The translations under genes were made by a program, and so were the position numbers. Positions 1 to 12,546 of a stretch of 64,000 bases of DNA are shown piece by piece. Source of the DNA: Octopus vulgaris (Eukaryota); the NCBI GenBank assembly GCA_951406725.2, contig OX597815.1, positions 123,814,001-123,878,000 on the forward strand. Direction: 5' to 3'. Position 1 is the first letter of the stretch. Each line of letters opens with the position of its first letter. The notes under the pieces were generated by a model, which saw nothing but the letters and a program-made list of their open reading frames with translations, was not told where the DNA came from and did not search any database.

Positions 1-502
1 GCTGAAGACCATTTTGGCGAGTAACATCAAACCTTCAAAAGTGGAAGGCATTGATACTAACTGCTCTCGTTGGGTTTCTGACTGTTGGAAGCGGATAGAA
101 GTTATGGGGGAGAAACACACTCAAGCACTACCAAGGAAATGCAGTAACGGGCGATATACGCAGATTTTCACCTAATCTCCCCATTTAGATGTTTTAGTTG
201 AACGAAGATGCATACTGAGTGTTCAGATGTACACTCACCAAAGACCAACAACGGTCATCCAACAGTTGGGAAAGTGAGAGCTTGTTTTTGTTTAGCCATC
301 TTTTTAGGAGAAAGAAAACTTTGATGTAACACCTGCGATCAAGTTTGCATGCAATGATGATTACTTCTTCCTTTAACGCAAATGTATGCATTGTTTAGAG
401 AATGGCATTGACTCTGTGCAAAGCGTTTCCCCCAGGTACTTATTTAATATCTCTTTTATGTGTTGCATGCTATGGCTGGTGAAACTTTCAGTGAAAAATT
501 CC

Positions 503-644
503 ACGATGTAAATTTGTGACCTGGATATAGAAACTGGAGGTTTCGAAGTAGTTGTCGATAGTTACCCTTTTTGTTTTTGATTTTTATAGAGCTATTCAGA
601 TCTGCTAGACAGCTGACCTCTTTGACGGTATATACTTTTTCTTG
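503..644 (-). mobile_element. Diverged fragment of R4-like RLE non-LTR retrotransposon (TACA-associated family)
   Basis: Minus strand reads QEKVYTVKEVSCLADLNSSIKIKNKKGNYRQLLRNLQFLYPGHKF, which aligns by eye with [45 protein letters not shown] at 1198-1373. Its 5' end abuts the (TATG)n tract. Confidence 0.7.
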
Positions 645-761
645 TATGTATGTATGTATGTATGTATGTATGTATGTATGTATGTATGTATGTATGTATG
701 TATGTATGTATGTATGTATGTATGTATGTATGTATGTCCGTATGTATGTTTGTATGTATGT

Positions 762-1376
762 ATTTCAATATTCAGTTTATTTCAAGATTTCTTGCCAATA
801 GAGAAAGAATCGGTTTCTAACCTAGATCTAAGCTCCTTCATTGGAATGTCAATATCAACAACAGGATATTTTTGTATGTATGTATGTATGTATGTATGTA
901 TGTATGTATGTATGTATGTATGTATGTATGTATGTATGCATGCATGCATGCATGCATGCATGTATGTATGTATGTATGTATGTATGTATGTATGTATGTA
1001 TGTATGTATGTATGTTTGTATGTATGTATGTGCAGATTTGCATGCATTATGTATGTATTCTCATGCATATAGTTGCATATCTAGACATGCTCATATATAT
1101 TTAAATGATAAACTTCTGGAAAGTTTTACAGATTTTACAGTTCCAGTGATGGATTGGATCTGTAGTCTTGTGAAGCCTAATTTCTCGAGATTGATATTTA
1201 GGTATTAATTACAGGTATAAACCTGAACTTGTAATCTGGATAGAGTAACTGCAGATTTCTCAATAGTTCAGCATAGGTGTTCTTTTTTTCACTGATCTTT
1301 AGCTTTATGTTAACGTCCACTGGGCTGCTAATTTCCACAACTGTGCACAATTTCTCTTCTCTATCCCAAATAATTA
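762..1376 (-). mobile_element. 5'-truncated R4-like RLE LINE 3' end with 3' UTR (TACA-associated family)
   Basis: Minus strand encodes [55 protein letters not shown]...LQIQSITGTVKICKTFQKFII*, an RLE endonuclease C-terminus. The 3' UTR contains an internal (CATA)n and ends CTTGAAATAAACTGAATATTG before (ACAT)n. A homologous copy lies at 57358-57862. Confidence 0.8.
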
Positions 1377-1689
1377 TGTATGTATGTATGTATGTATGTA
1401 TGTATGTATGTATGTATGTATGTATGTATGTATGTATGTATGTATGTATGTATGTATGTATGTATGTATGTATGTATGCATGCATGCATGTATGTATGTA
1501 TGCATGTATGTATGTATGCATGTATGTATGTATGAATATATGTATGTATGTATGTATGTATGTATATATGTATGTATGTATGTATGCATGTATGTGTGTA
1601 TGTATTTATGTGAGTACATGTGTATGTATGTATGTATGTATGTATGTATGTATGTATGTATGTATGTATGTATGTATGTATGTATGTAT

Positions 1690-2029
1690 GTGCAGATTTG
1701 TATGTTATATATATGTATTCTCATGCATATATTTACATATCTAGACATGCTTATATATATTTAAATGATAAACTTCTGAAAAGTTTTACAGATTTTTATA
1801 GTTCTAATGATGGATTTGACGTGTAGTCTTCGAATTAGCTTTCTCCTTTCTGGTTTTGAGACGCCTAATTTCTCATGATTGGTATTTAGGCCTCCAATAA
1901 CATGCAATCTGGATAGAGTAGTAACTGCAGATTTCTCAATAGTTCAGTATAGGTGTTCTCTTTTTCACTGATCTTCAGCTTCATGTTAACATCCGATGGG
2001 CAGTTAATTTCCACAACTGTGCACAGTTT
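1690..2029 (-). mobile_element. 5'-truncated TACA-associated RLE LINE fragment
   Basis: [37 protein letters not shown] plus the same stop and UTR as 762-1376; flanked on both sides by (TATG)n. Confidence 0.8.
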
Positions 2030-2104
2030 ATGTATGTATGTATGTATGTATGTATGTATGTATGTATGTATGTATGTATGTATGTATGTATGTATGTATG
2101 TATG

Positions 2105-2133
<29 letters not shown>

Positions 2134-2135
<2 letters not shown>

Positions 2136-2880
2136 TAGTTCAGCATAGGTGTTCTCTTTTTCACTGATCTTTAGCTTTATGTTAACGTCCACTGGGCTGC
2201 TAATTTCCACAACTGTGCACAATTTCTCTTCTCTATCCCAAATAATTATGTATGTATGTATGTATGTATGTATGTATGTATGTATGTATGTATGTATGTA
2301 TGTATGTATGTATGTATGTATGTATGTATGCATGCATGTATGCATGTATGCATGTATGCATGCATGCATGCATGTATGTATGTATGTATGTATGTATGTA
2401 TGTATGTATGTATGTATGTATGTATGTATGTATGTATGTATGTATGTATGTATGTGCAGATTTGTATGTTATATATATGTATTCTCATGCATATATTTGC
2501 ATATCTAGACATGCTTATATATATTTAAATTATAAACTTCTGAAAAGTTTTACAGATTTTTATAGTTCTAATGATGGATTTGACGTGTAGTCTTCGAATT
2601 AGCTTTCTCCTTTTTGGTTTTGAGACGCCTAATTTCTCATGATTGCTATTTAGGCCTCCAATAACATGCAATCTGGATAGAGTAGTAACTGCAGATTTCT
2701 CAATAGTTCAGTATAGGTGTTCTCTTTTTCACTGATCTTCAGCCTCATGTTAACATCCGATGGGCAGTTAATTTCCACAACTGTGCACAGTTTATGTATG
2801 TATGTCTGTATGCATGCATGTATGTATGTATGTATGTATGTATGTATGTATGTATGTATGTATGTATGTATGTATGTATG
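2134..2880. repeat. Tandem duplicate of 1262-2133 (LINE fragment + microsatellite + LINE fragment + microsatellite)
   Basis: 2134-2248 nearly equals 1262-1376, and 2455-2793 nearly equals 1691-2029, including the same internal deletions. Microsatellite lengths and internal variants differ. Confidence 0.9.
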
Positions 2881-3090
2881 TACGTCTCTTCGATTTTTTA
2901 ATTGCTACAAATCTTCCACTGACGAGGGAGCCAATTTCAACGATACAAGGCTCCATGGGATGCAGTTAACAAATTCACTATTGGAACTTGAGAAAAGTCT
3001 TGCATATTTTAACCGTTCCACTCACAGATTGGACTTGTAATGTACGAATCAGGGGGCCAATTTCTCTTTTTGAGAAAACGACCAGTTTAT
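2881..3090 (-). mobile_element. 3' end of a related RLE LINE subfamily with a different 3' UTR
   Basis: NKLVVFSKREIGPLIRTLQVQSVSGTVKICKTFLKFQ* matches the family C-terminus LQIQSITGTVKICKTFQKFII. The UTR is unrelated, but the fragment is again bounded by (TATG)n on both sides. Confidence 0.75.
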
Positions 3091-3802
3091 TTATGTATGT
3101 ATGTATGTATGTATGTATGTATGTATGTATGTATGTATGTATGTATGTGCAATACAAACACAATGGTCAAGGTTTGAATGCGTTTGTATGTATCTGTAAT
3201 GACAAGAAGTCTTCCCCTTTTTAAGATGTTACAATATGGCTTGACATAAATTTCGATGCTAGTCAATCGAGTGGCTATGAAGGAATTCCTCTTTTAGCTC
3301 ACACATATTTATAAATTTCTATTAACCAAAAATATATGGTTTGAAAAATAGCAAAGATTTATTAATATAATATCCTTTCTTGATTAATTCTATGCGATCA
3401 GTTTGAGAAAGTGCACACTAAGAATATCATTACATAAAACGACTAACATATATAATTCTTTCTAATTTTGGTGCAAGGGGAAGGGGCACGCCGATTACAT
3501 CGATCTCGGTTCTTAACTGGTATTTTCCTTTATCGAACTAGAAAGAAAGAAAGACTAAGTTGAACTCAACATTTTATCCGACGCGTCAACAATACTATTA
3601 ATTAAATTTATACTTAATGAGTCTACTTTGAAAGGGAAATAATTCTGTAACCATGTTAAGAGTTACTTACCCTGTATTGCCTTCATTAAAACACTGCAGC
3701 TAAATTTTGCTATTAAATAAAGATAAACACGGTCAGCTGGTATTATTTATTTATTTATTTATTTATTTATCTATTCATTTATTTAATTATTTATTTAATT
3801 AT

Positions 3803-4101
3803 TTACTCTTTCCTCTTACTCCTTTACTTGTTTCAGTCATTTGACTGTGGCCATGCAGGAGTACCGCCTTTAGTCGAGTAAATCGACCCCAGGACTTATT
3901 CTTTGTAAGCCTAGTACTTATTCTATCGGATCCCTTTTGCTGAACCGTTAAGTTACGGTGACTTAAACACACCAGCATCGGTTGTCAAGCGATGCTGGGA
4001 GGATAAACACAGACACACAATCATATACACACACAGACACACACAGACACACACAGACACACAGACACACACACACACATGTATGTATGTATGTATGTAT
4101 G

Positions 4102-4157
<56 letters not shown>

Positions 4158-4315
4158 ACGAGCTTCTTTCAGTTTCCGTCTACCATCCTCTCACAAGGCT
4201 TTGGTCGGCCCGAAGCTATAGTAGAAGACACTTACCCAAGGTGCCATGCAGTGGGACTGAACCCGCAACCATGTGGTTGGTAAGCAAGCTACTTATCACA
4301 CAACCACTCCTACGC
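3803..4315 (-). mobile_element. tRNA-derived SINE, family A (CORE-like CCTTGGGCAAGT segment, internal TA/CA microsatellite)
   Basis: Reverse complement matches the full + copy at 28996-29394 (head GGAGTGG(C/T)TGTG...GGGTTCAGTCCC; tail CAGTCAAATGACTGAAACAAGT). Confidence 0.85.
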
Positions 4316-5095
4316 TTATTTGTTTATTTATTTGTTCGTTTATTTATTTATTTATTCGAGTTCTTAGAGTTCGAGTAGTCAGAGTGAAGCTGGTAAACCA
4401 CAACAGAATGAGAATGGCATATAACACCCCTTACATATGTATAAGAAACACACACAAAAAAGAAAGAAAATGTAATAAAAAAATGCGGATGTAAAAATGA
4501 GTACAGATGAAGGACTGTTAAATATCTTTATTGTTAAACTGTTTTTGTAACTTCCACAGGGTGGAAGATCTTAGCTATGTTTAAGAAAGGAAATAATCAC
4601 AATCATATCTTTTATGATTTCTTTCAAGCAAATAATATATCCTTAGTAAAATAGGTCAACTTAATACCTTACAATCTTCCCATATATTCAATAGAGACTA
4701 CTATCATTAAACTAAGGCCATACATTTTGGAGAAGAAGATCGAGTAAATTAGACCTAATATTCGAATTGGTATTTATTTTATTGACTTCGGGTGGAGCTT
4801 TACATCAGGAGAATTCAAACACACAAAATTTTGTGCTTGAAACCTTGATTGAACTGTATTTGATCATTTTAGGCAGGCCGTTTGAATTATTTCGTACATA
4901 TTAGAAGTGTAGTTTATGAAACATGTTAAAATAATAACGTTTTATAGTCAACTTCACAAACCGAGTTATATGTCTGTGTGTGTATGTAAATATAATATCA
5001 GTGTGTATACGTGTATAATGTATTTAGAAACGTGGACCGGCAAAAACTGTAATAGTTTGAAATATCTCAATGAGACTTGTGTGTTAAAAACACAT

Positions 5096-5191
5096 GGCTT
5101 CGTTCAAAATGCCAGTGAATAACCAGACATGGTGTTTCGACCTGATCTTGTCTCCTCAGTGACGAATAGACCAGGCGTTCTGAACTAAGCC
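5096..5191 (-). ncRNA. Type I hammerhead ribozyme with extended stem I
   Basis: Minus-strand RNA: GGCUUAGUUCAGAACGCC-UGGUCUAUUC-GUCA-CUGAGGA-GAC(AAGAUCAG)GUC-GAA-ACA(CCA)UGU-C^UGGU-UAUUCACU-GGCAUUUUGAACGAAGCC. It has an intact CUGANGA/GAAA core, 3-bp stems II and III, a GUC triplet, a 4-bp proximal stem I (two G-U pairs) and a 16/18-paired distal stem I. Confidence 0.75.
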
Positions 5192-5951
5192 GAAGATACC
5201 TGTGATATAAAAATCGATGAGCACGTTATATTATCAATGACAAATTATCGTTTGTAATTGTGCTTTCTATAATCATAAGTCGGCAAATAAATAGTCTTCT
5301 TGTACCTGTATGTTAGTGGATTCTGTCCGTGTGTGAGGTTTTCTCGATCATTGCTGATATGGGACCAAAGGACAACATCAACTGCGACGACAATTAATTC
5401 AGCTTGTTTAGTTATAAACTGTGACATATTCTTTATTACTTTGTTATACTGCTCTAGAAAACTTTCTATTCGCTGAAGTGAGTAAATATGCAAATCTGTG
5501 ATGAAATTGTTGCTGGCGATGTGTTTGTATGGGAAATGTATGTGTGCATGTATGTATGTATGTATGTATGTATGTATGTATGTATGTATGTATGCATGCA
5601 TGCATGCATGCACGCATGCACGTGCGTGTGTGTGTGTTTCTGTGTATATGTGAGTGTGTGTGACTGTATATGTTTTGAAGTGAATTAGAGCGAGTGATTT
5701 CATTAGTTAAAAGACACACACAGACATTCTTATGTTTATTTTTATTTATGTCGAGATAGAAAGACATATAAGTGCTCAGTTCAATATTGTGTTCGATCTG
5801 TGTAGAGTCTGAAGTGTGTATATTTATTCATATGTTATTATATTCTACGGATTTGTACAGTTTACCAAGAAGCTGAGTGGACGAAATCGTGGTTCGGAAA
5901 TGTAAAGTTCGGTTTACCTTACGCATGAATAAACGCAAGGCTCTCTCTGTC

Positions 5952-6016
<65 letters not shown>

Positions 6017-6032
6017 TTCTCACTCTCTCACG

Positions 6033-6110
<78 letters not shown>

Positions 6111-6719
6111 TGCATACATACTTTCATACATGAAGCATGCATACGTACACACACATATATATATATATATATACATCAGAATGTGTGAATGTGTATATAA
6201 ATGCGTTGTGTGTTATTGCTAGAAACTCTTAAAAGTCGAATTTCAACATTTGATATGATTAAACACCGAAATTATATATTTATTTACTTGTAAAGTCGGC
6301 TTAGTTTCATAGTATAGACTTCTTCATATTTCTGTTTTGATCAAATCATTGTTTACTTGCATGGATTGTGTGTCATTCAGGCAACGAAACTCTGCACCTT
6401 GTGCGACCCCCGACTCTTGTCGGGCTTGTTTTCTGCACTGCTCAGCTCGTGCCACCTTTTTGACCTCCGACAGTTATGACGTAAAGCAAATTTCTCAATG
6501 ATCCAGCAGTTTCTTTATATATATACGTACTTCAATGAAGTCGTGGGACCCCGCTAAGCACAGAACATAATATCTAAAGCCCATGCAGTAGAATAGTGTC
6601 TTCAAGTAAGTCAGTATGAGAAGTACATGAAAATCTATGCTATCGTAATACAATAGTATTACAAAAGCCTTAGAGAACCTTTAGTAAATGAAAAGTCGTA
6701 CATCAAGGTAAGATGAAAG

Positions 6720-7382
6720 AGGCTAAACTGGCTTAGCTGGAGCGATATATATGCATACATCAGGCAAAATGCTGAGCAGCATTCCATTCGTCTTCACGTT
6801 CTGAGTTCAAATTGCTTTGCATCCTTTCGGGGTCGATAAAGTAGATACCAGTTGTGTACTAGTGTCGATTTCATCGACTAGTTCCCTCCCCCAAATAGTA
6901 GAAACGATAATTACATTGCTTGTAAGACGGTGAACTAGCAGAATCGTTAGAGCGTTGGCCAAAATATTGAGAAGGTATTTCTTTCGGGTCTTTAAATCAA
7001 ATCCCGCCGGGGTCTACTTTCACTTTCGACCTTTCGGGGTTGATAAAATAACGTACCAGTCAAGTACTGGGCTCGATGTAATTAACTTGTCCCCTCTACA
7101 CAAAAATGTTGGCATCGTGCCAAAGTCTGAAATAGCTATCATTATATTCCCTAGTAAAGTGACGAGCAGGTGGAATCGTTAACGTGCCAGACTAAATGCT
7201 TAGCGGCATTTCTTTCGGCTCTTACGTTCTGTATTCAAAGGCTGCCGAGGTAAACTTTGCATTTCTTCTTTTCGGAATTGATAAAATAAAGTACTAGACA
7301 AGTATTGGAGTCGAGGTAGTCAACTAATCCCCTTCCCTTAAAATTGCTGGCCTTGTGGCAAAATTTCAAACTATTATTACAT
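6720..7382 (+). mobile_element. Three head-to-tail copies of SINE family B (central CTTTCATCCTTTCGGGGTCGATAAAATAAGTACCAG domain, ATT tails)
   Basis: Repeated head GGCGAGCTGGCAGAATCGTTAG-like, B-box-like GAGTTCAAAT and a conserved central domain recalled as similar to the Meta-SINE domain (unverified). Confidence 0.75.
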
Positions 7383-7439
7383 TGCTTGTTAGTGTTCACT
7401 GACGAGAAGGTAAATCATGCTTTTCTCAACATGTATTAA

Positions 7440-7570
7440 TGGTGCGCGCATCCAAGAGGTGAGGGTGTAGGGTATTGGGCTCAGGATCGCAAAGGCGTGC
7501 GTTCGATTTCGGGACCAGTTGGTGTGTTTTGTTCTAGTGAACTTCATTTGACGCTGTTCCAACCTATTCA
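7440..7570 (+). mobile_element. Degenerate tRNA-derived SINE head, family C
   Basis: GGTGCGCG...TAGGGTATTGGGCTCAGGATCGCAAAGGCGTGCGTTCGATTTC; related heads at about 14060-14175(-), 21460-21535(-), 23120-23240(-) and 59445-59575(+). Confidence 0.55.
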
Positions 7571-8149
7571 GTTGATATTTGTACCAGAAGTTGCTGAGAT
7601 CTAACCTTGCTGAGTACCGGTATCCCATTCAGGAAAGACTTATGTATTCTGAAACTTTTATATGCCTCAGAAACCGGGTGAAGTCCCAGACTACCGAGCT
7701 AGGATCTAGACAGAAAGAAAAATATTGATGCTAGTGAAATGAAAGAGTTTTTATTGAATTGAAATAGAATCTTTAATTTGGTTAAATTAGAGGTTACGGT
7801 TTGGTCAGTGATTCTATACGCTTTCATATTCACCGTCTTCAGGCATAAAAACCACAAATTAACTGGTTGTTGCATTCGCTGTAGCAGCTGTGTCTGTTGT
7901 TTAGCCAGATCATCTCTGGCGGAGCAAACCTATGATCAAAGAAGTGAAGCTAGAGTTAGATTTACACATTCGAATTGACTTAATCTAAATTACAGTCGTG
8001 GTTAGTATTTGCAACTATATGTTTCTCAGTAAAGGCATATTGATTTAAGGTTGAACCTGCATATAACCATATCGTCTTCACCTAAAGTTCTTACCTAGTA
8101 AACGATATTGTACCACACCCAATACTTGTTTGTAGTCGATGACACTTGA

Positions 8150-8437
8150 AGAAAGAATTAGTTTATACGCAGAAGTTTTACTGTTGTTGAATAGTTGTTC
8201 TATATGTTTTTATTTGAACCTCAGGCTATCTGATAGTCTTGTATTCGGCAAGTAACACTCATGAAATGTACTCAGTAGACTTATAAACGCGTAGACATGC
8301 ACGTTTAGACGAAATGAAACAAATGAAACCTAAAAAAGATTGACTAAACGTGCCAGAAAGAATTAGTTTATACGCAGAAGTTTTACTGTTGTTGAATAGT
8401 TGTTTTATATGTTTTTATTTGAACCTCAGGCTATCTG
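8150..8437 (+). repeat. 83-bp direct repeat (8150-8232 / 8355-8437)
   Basis: AGAAAGAATTAGTTTATACGC...CAGGCTATCTG occurs twice with one mismatch. Confidence 0.9.
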
Positions 8438-10271
8438 TGGTAATCAACCTAATCTAACTCGGAGATTTCGAGGCAAATGCTTGAAATCGTAATTTAAAGA
8501 GTATCTCACCCAGTGATTCATTGAATTCAATAAATCATAATTAATGAAATAATTATAAAACATAATTTTAAAAATTTCTAAGATCTATCTATACCGTGTA
8601 ACGCTACAAAACATAATTCGAAATGATTTGTTTTGTATTGCACAATTCCAAAATTTGATATGATAAATCACTGAGATTATTCATTTATATATTTACATAA
8701 TCAATTACCACTGAATATTTGTACAAATAATTAAACGCTTCTTTTGCAACACCACTCTTACTCAAAACTCGCTATGTATAAAGGTAAAAAAGTTTTGGTA
8801 CAAAATCTATTCTATCAATTTCTTTTGTGTTCTCCAATTTCCAAACATGGAATTTTCATTAACTTTTCCCGTCTAGATTGTATATCGACTGTCACCGATT
8901 TTTATACCTTCTAAGTTCCATAAGTTAAAATCGAATTCAATAAGTCTGTACCTCTATCAAAATAGGAATAGTTTTACTTCTCCAGTTATCGATTTGTATT
9001 GGTTAATGACCTTTAGTGTTATCACCGATTTCTTTTCAGCCAGATTGCCATTTATCTTTAAGTTTCTTTGTCGCACGAAGTTGGGCTGGAAGTATCTCCC
9101 GGACCTTCTTACTGATTCTCAGAGGTCGGAGACCTTTCTAAATATCAGTTCCACACCTCAGTGATGCTCTGGTAGCAACACAAGCGTTTTATGCTTTCAT
9201 GTCATCTGTACCTTAGAGAGCTGCTGTTGTTGCTTCTATTACTGTTTTTGACCTAATAAACTTACAACCAAACGCGTTCCAACCGTAACCATCCTGCAAT
9301 TTGGTATATCAGGGACTAAATTTTCGTTTGTGCAATTCCATTTTTGAAGGCGTTGTTATTTGAGGCACATTTAGGTGCTATTTCTAGCTGGCTGAGCGTT
9401 TGCATGGCAACTCACATGTCGGCTTGCCTAACATTAAGTTATCTTTGTGAAGTAATATTTCCGTAGCGGCTAGACGCAAGTTTCGTATCATTCATTACCT
9501 TGTCATTCTGGCATAATGTACGGATTGTTATTATCAATTTTAAATCAATAAGTTTGTAAATTTTCTGTTTTCGCATGTCACCCTTAATGAGTATAGAAAC
9601 ACACATCGTTTATGCAACTGTTTACTAATTATTCATCAGATACTGATGCTTGATGTATTTTTGTATCTGATGCATAATTATTTAAATCTACTCTATGTGT
9701 AGTCTCTTTGTTTATGTAAATATTGTAATCTGTAATGATATAAATGAAATGGTTCAAATAAACATTTTAAGGACTACAAAGAAAGCGAAGAAAATTTACT
9801 GATGTACTCGAGATAAAATAAACATTCAAATTTAGATTTTTGGAAAAAAAATCTTTTTACAAATACATATCAAAAAGGCAAAGAAGTAATTTGATGTTCC
9901 GTTTGTTGACGATTCATACAATTAACAAAAGTAAAGATATCAGAAAGGAGGCTACATTGATTTTAATTCGAGATAAATTATGAATGATTAATTGTCTACA
10001 CTGTGGTAATCAACCTAATCTAAATATTTGGTTCGTGCTTTCGTTTCTCTTGCTATTATCATTGTTTAAAATTGTGGTTCCTGATGTTGTTTGGTTCTTC
10101 GTCAGCACTGACTCAGTAGTTCTATAATCAAAAAGGGTTCAGTCATGAATATCCTATCTTTTATTTAGAGTATGTGCAACGGATGTAGCATTGAACACTA
10201 AGTAGCATTACGTGATTGTTTTCTGTTTTTCCTTTTAGCTATTTTCTAACTTACACAAAATCAATCATACG

Positions 10272-10317
<46 letters not shown>

Positions 10318-10464
10318 AACACTGCTGTATACATATCCGTTTGTTCAATATTCAAAAATAAAAATGGTGAAGAAGAACAAGGAAAGAAAAAGAAAGAAAA
10401 CAGAATGGAAAACGAAAGAAAGAAACCCCAAAAAGATAAAGGAAAGAGGAAATGAAAACATCAA

Positions 10465-11700
10465 TGCAACACTAAGTGCCCTAATTATTGGTCGCTCATC
10501 ACAAGGTTCAACAGAACCTACTGAAACAAGCCAACACGCTCGCGGCATTACCACGGCCGATGACTTAGCTAAGGCGAGCGGCCAACGATGACAAGAACTT
10601 CACCGTTAGCGGCCCATCCACATGAAGCGTCTCAAACGTCACAGGCTGGAAGAAAATGATCACTGATAGGTTCTGATACTTCAGGATTTTGTTCCGTTCG
10701 GCTATGGAAATAGTGACCCCCTCACTTGCCGCAGCATCCAGGATATTGGAGGGAGCATAGGAGTCACAGACTGGGGTGTCCCAGATGAGGCACCTACATC
10801 CTACACAGAGACAGAGGGTAAGACCATCTGGTCTCTTCCCATCACTTCTGGATAATCCCACTGTCTCCAGAACTGAGGGGATATTAACTCGTGCCAGGGC
10901 CTGTCTAATAGTTAAACTTAGCTCGGTGTGACAAGCAAAACGACCAGTATTCAGGCAGCAAGACAGACCTTGAAGACTTGTAGAGTCGAGTGGCCTACCA
11001 CAGCAAAATCTGTCTCATACGAACATCGGTTCCCATTCTGAGTGCAATGGTAATACGGAACTCATCTAGACAGAGTAGACCGTCAATGTTGGCCACAGGC
11101 AGGTCATCAATCTAGTCCCCCGGGATTTTTGCACTCGCAGAAAGTGGGCAATGCCTTGAAAATTGATCAGATTGATCAAGGAGAGAATTGAAAGTGGCAC
11201 CTGAACGCAGATTGTCCCATACTCTCTCTATCGCCTATCCTCAACTATAACAGGAACTGTTATTTTTAGCCAATCAGATTGCTTCCTTTTGGTGCGAGTC
11301 GCTTATTGGTCAGAAATATTTACTGAAGCAACTTTTGATTAATCAAGGTTTTCTTTTGGTGCCTAAAATACATAGAGAAGAAACCAGCAACTTCTGCTTA
11401 CCAAAAATGATGTTCGTCGCTTCTGCGATTTGGCCACCTTCAGTCAGGAGAAGAGTAGGCTGTTTCACCCGTTCCAGGTACAAACATTTCTCTTAAAAGA
11501 TGTAACGTGCTTCGTCGTTGTGAAACCCTTTGATGGCCTGAAAGGCATTATCTCACAACATTCTATGAGGACAGTGGCAATTTAATCGTATCAGTGTTGC
11601 TACTAGATACCAGAGCGGTCGTCTTCAGAATTACACCATTTCAAAGTGATCCTTCAAAGTGATTCTTGCACCATGCTGGAGAGAAAGATGTCTAATTGCT
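10465..11700 (-). mobile_element. Degenerate CRE-clade non-LTR retrotransposon 3' region (zinc knuckle + RLE)
   Basis: Minus-strand peptides FRITIALRMG, CCGRPLDSTSLQGLSCCLNTGRFACHTELSLTIRQALARVNIPSVLETVGLSRSDGKRPDGLT...LIWD...AERNKILKY...FQPVTFET and RGNAASV are typical of CRE elements. Stops and frameshifts are present; the upstream boundary is approximate. Confidence 0.8.
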
Positions 11701-12349
11701 ATAGGCATCTATGTCAGTGATATTGATCATTGTCAAAATTTTAAGAATCAGGGATCCTAAGTTCACATTTTCTGGACTTCGAAAAAATTGGTTTAAAATT
11801 TCAATTTTATTACTTAAAAACTTTTATCAAACTTGGAAATAATCAGCATTTGGAGAAGGTAAATTAATTACTGGTTGTACCTATGTTATTTACAATTGCT
11901 CTTTCAGTCTTCTTACAAACGTTATGAGTATCACAACTCATTTTATGTTTTTTTTTCTGAGGTTTTATGCCTTTGAAAGCAATCCATATTTCCAAGATAT
12001 CCCCCCCCCAAAAAAAAAGACTGATGGAAGTATATTTAATTTATATGTTGAAAAATATCCCTTAAAAACCTTAATTCTCTTGGAAACAACGTAGCCCATC
12101 CAATAGATTCAAGTTTTCTTTTCTTTATAATTCTCTGATTTAATAGTTAATAAATTAGTATAAAGTTGTATTGCGACTAGAACGGCGCGACACAAAGTAG
12201 GATCAGACAAAAGGAAACAATAAAGCCGAATCATGATTCCGGTCCAGATACGCATTATTAACAATAGCTGATACAATCACACCATTTGGCGTTTTCATTG
12301 CATCGCAAAACAGATAGACAAATGCATTATGAAAGAAAATAATGCTTTC

Positions 12350-12546
12350 AAATTTTGGCACACAAACAGCAGCTTTTTAGGGGCGGAAGAAGTAAATTCC
12401 ATCGATTACAGTACTTGACTGGTATTTATATTATCGACCTCGAAAGGATGAAAGGCAAAGTGGAATTTGAACTAAGAAGACAGACATACGAAATACTACA
12501 AAGCAATTTGTTCGGCGTGCTAACGGTTCTGCTAGCTGACCACCTT
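12350..12546 (-). mobile_element. SINE family B copy
   Basis: GTACTTGACTGGTATTTATATTATCGACCTCGAAAGGATGAAAGGCAAAG is the reverse complement of the family B central domain. Confidence 0.7.

Larger units (their letters stand above)
643..3147. repeat. Compound (TATG)n/(CATG)n microsatellite field interrupted by LINE 3' fragments
   Basis: Directly visible tracts at about 643-761, 873-1030, 1377-1690, 2029-2133, 2248-2454, 2794-2880 and 3092-3147. Confidence 0.95.

Noticed and set aside
571-2590. Many ORFs with [16 protein letters not shown] repeats (here and throughout the window)
   Set aside because: These are translations of stop-free microsatellites, not proteins.
5245-5703. 152-aa minus ORF next to the hammerhead as a possible GIY-YIG remnant
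   Set aside because: The first part is microsatellite-derived and no convincing catalytic motifs are visible.
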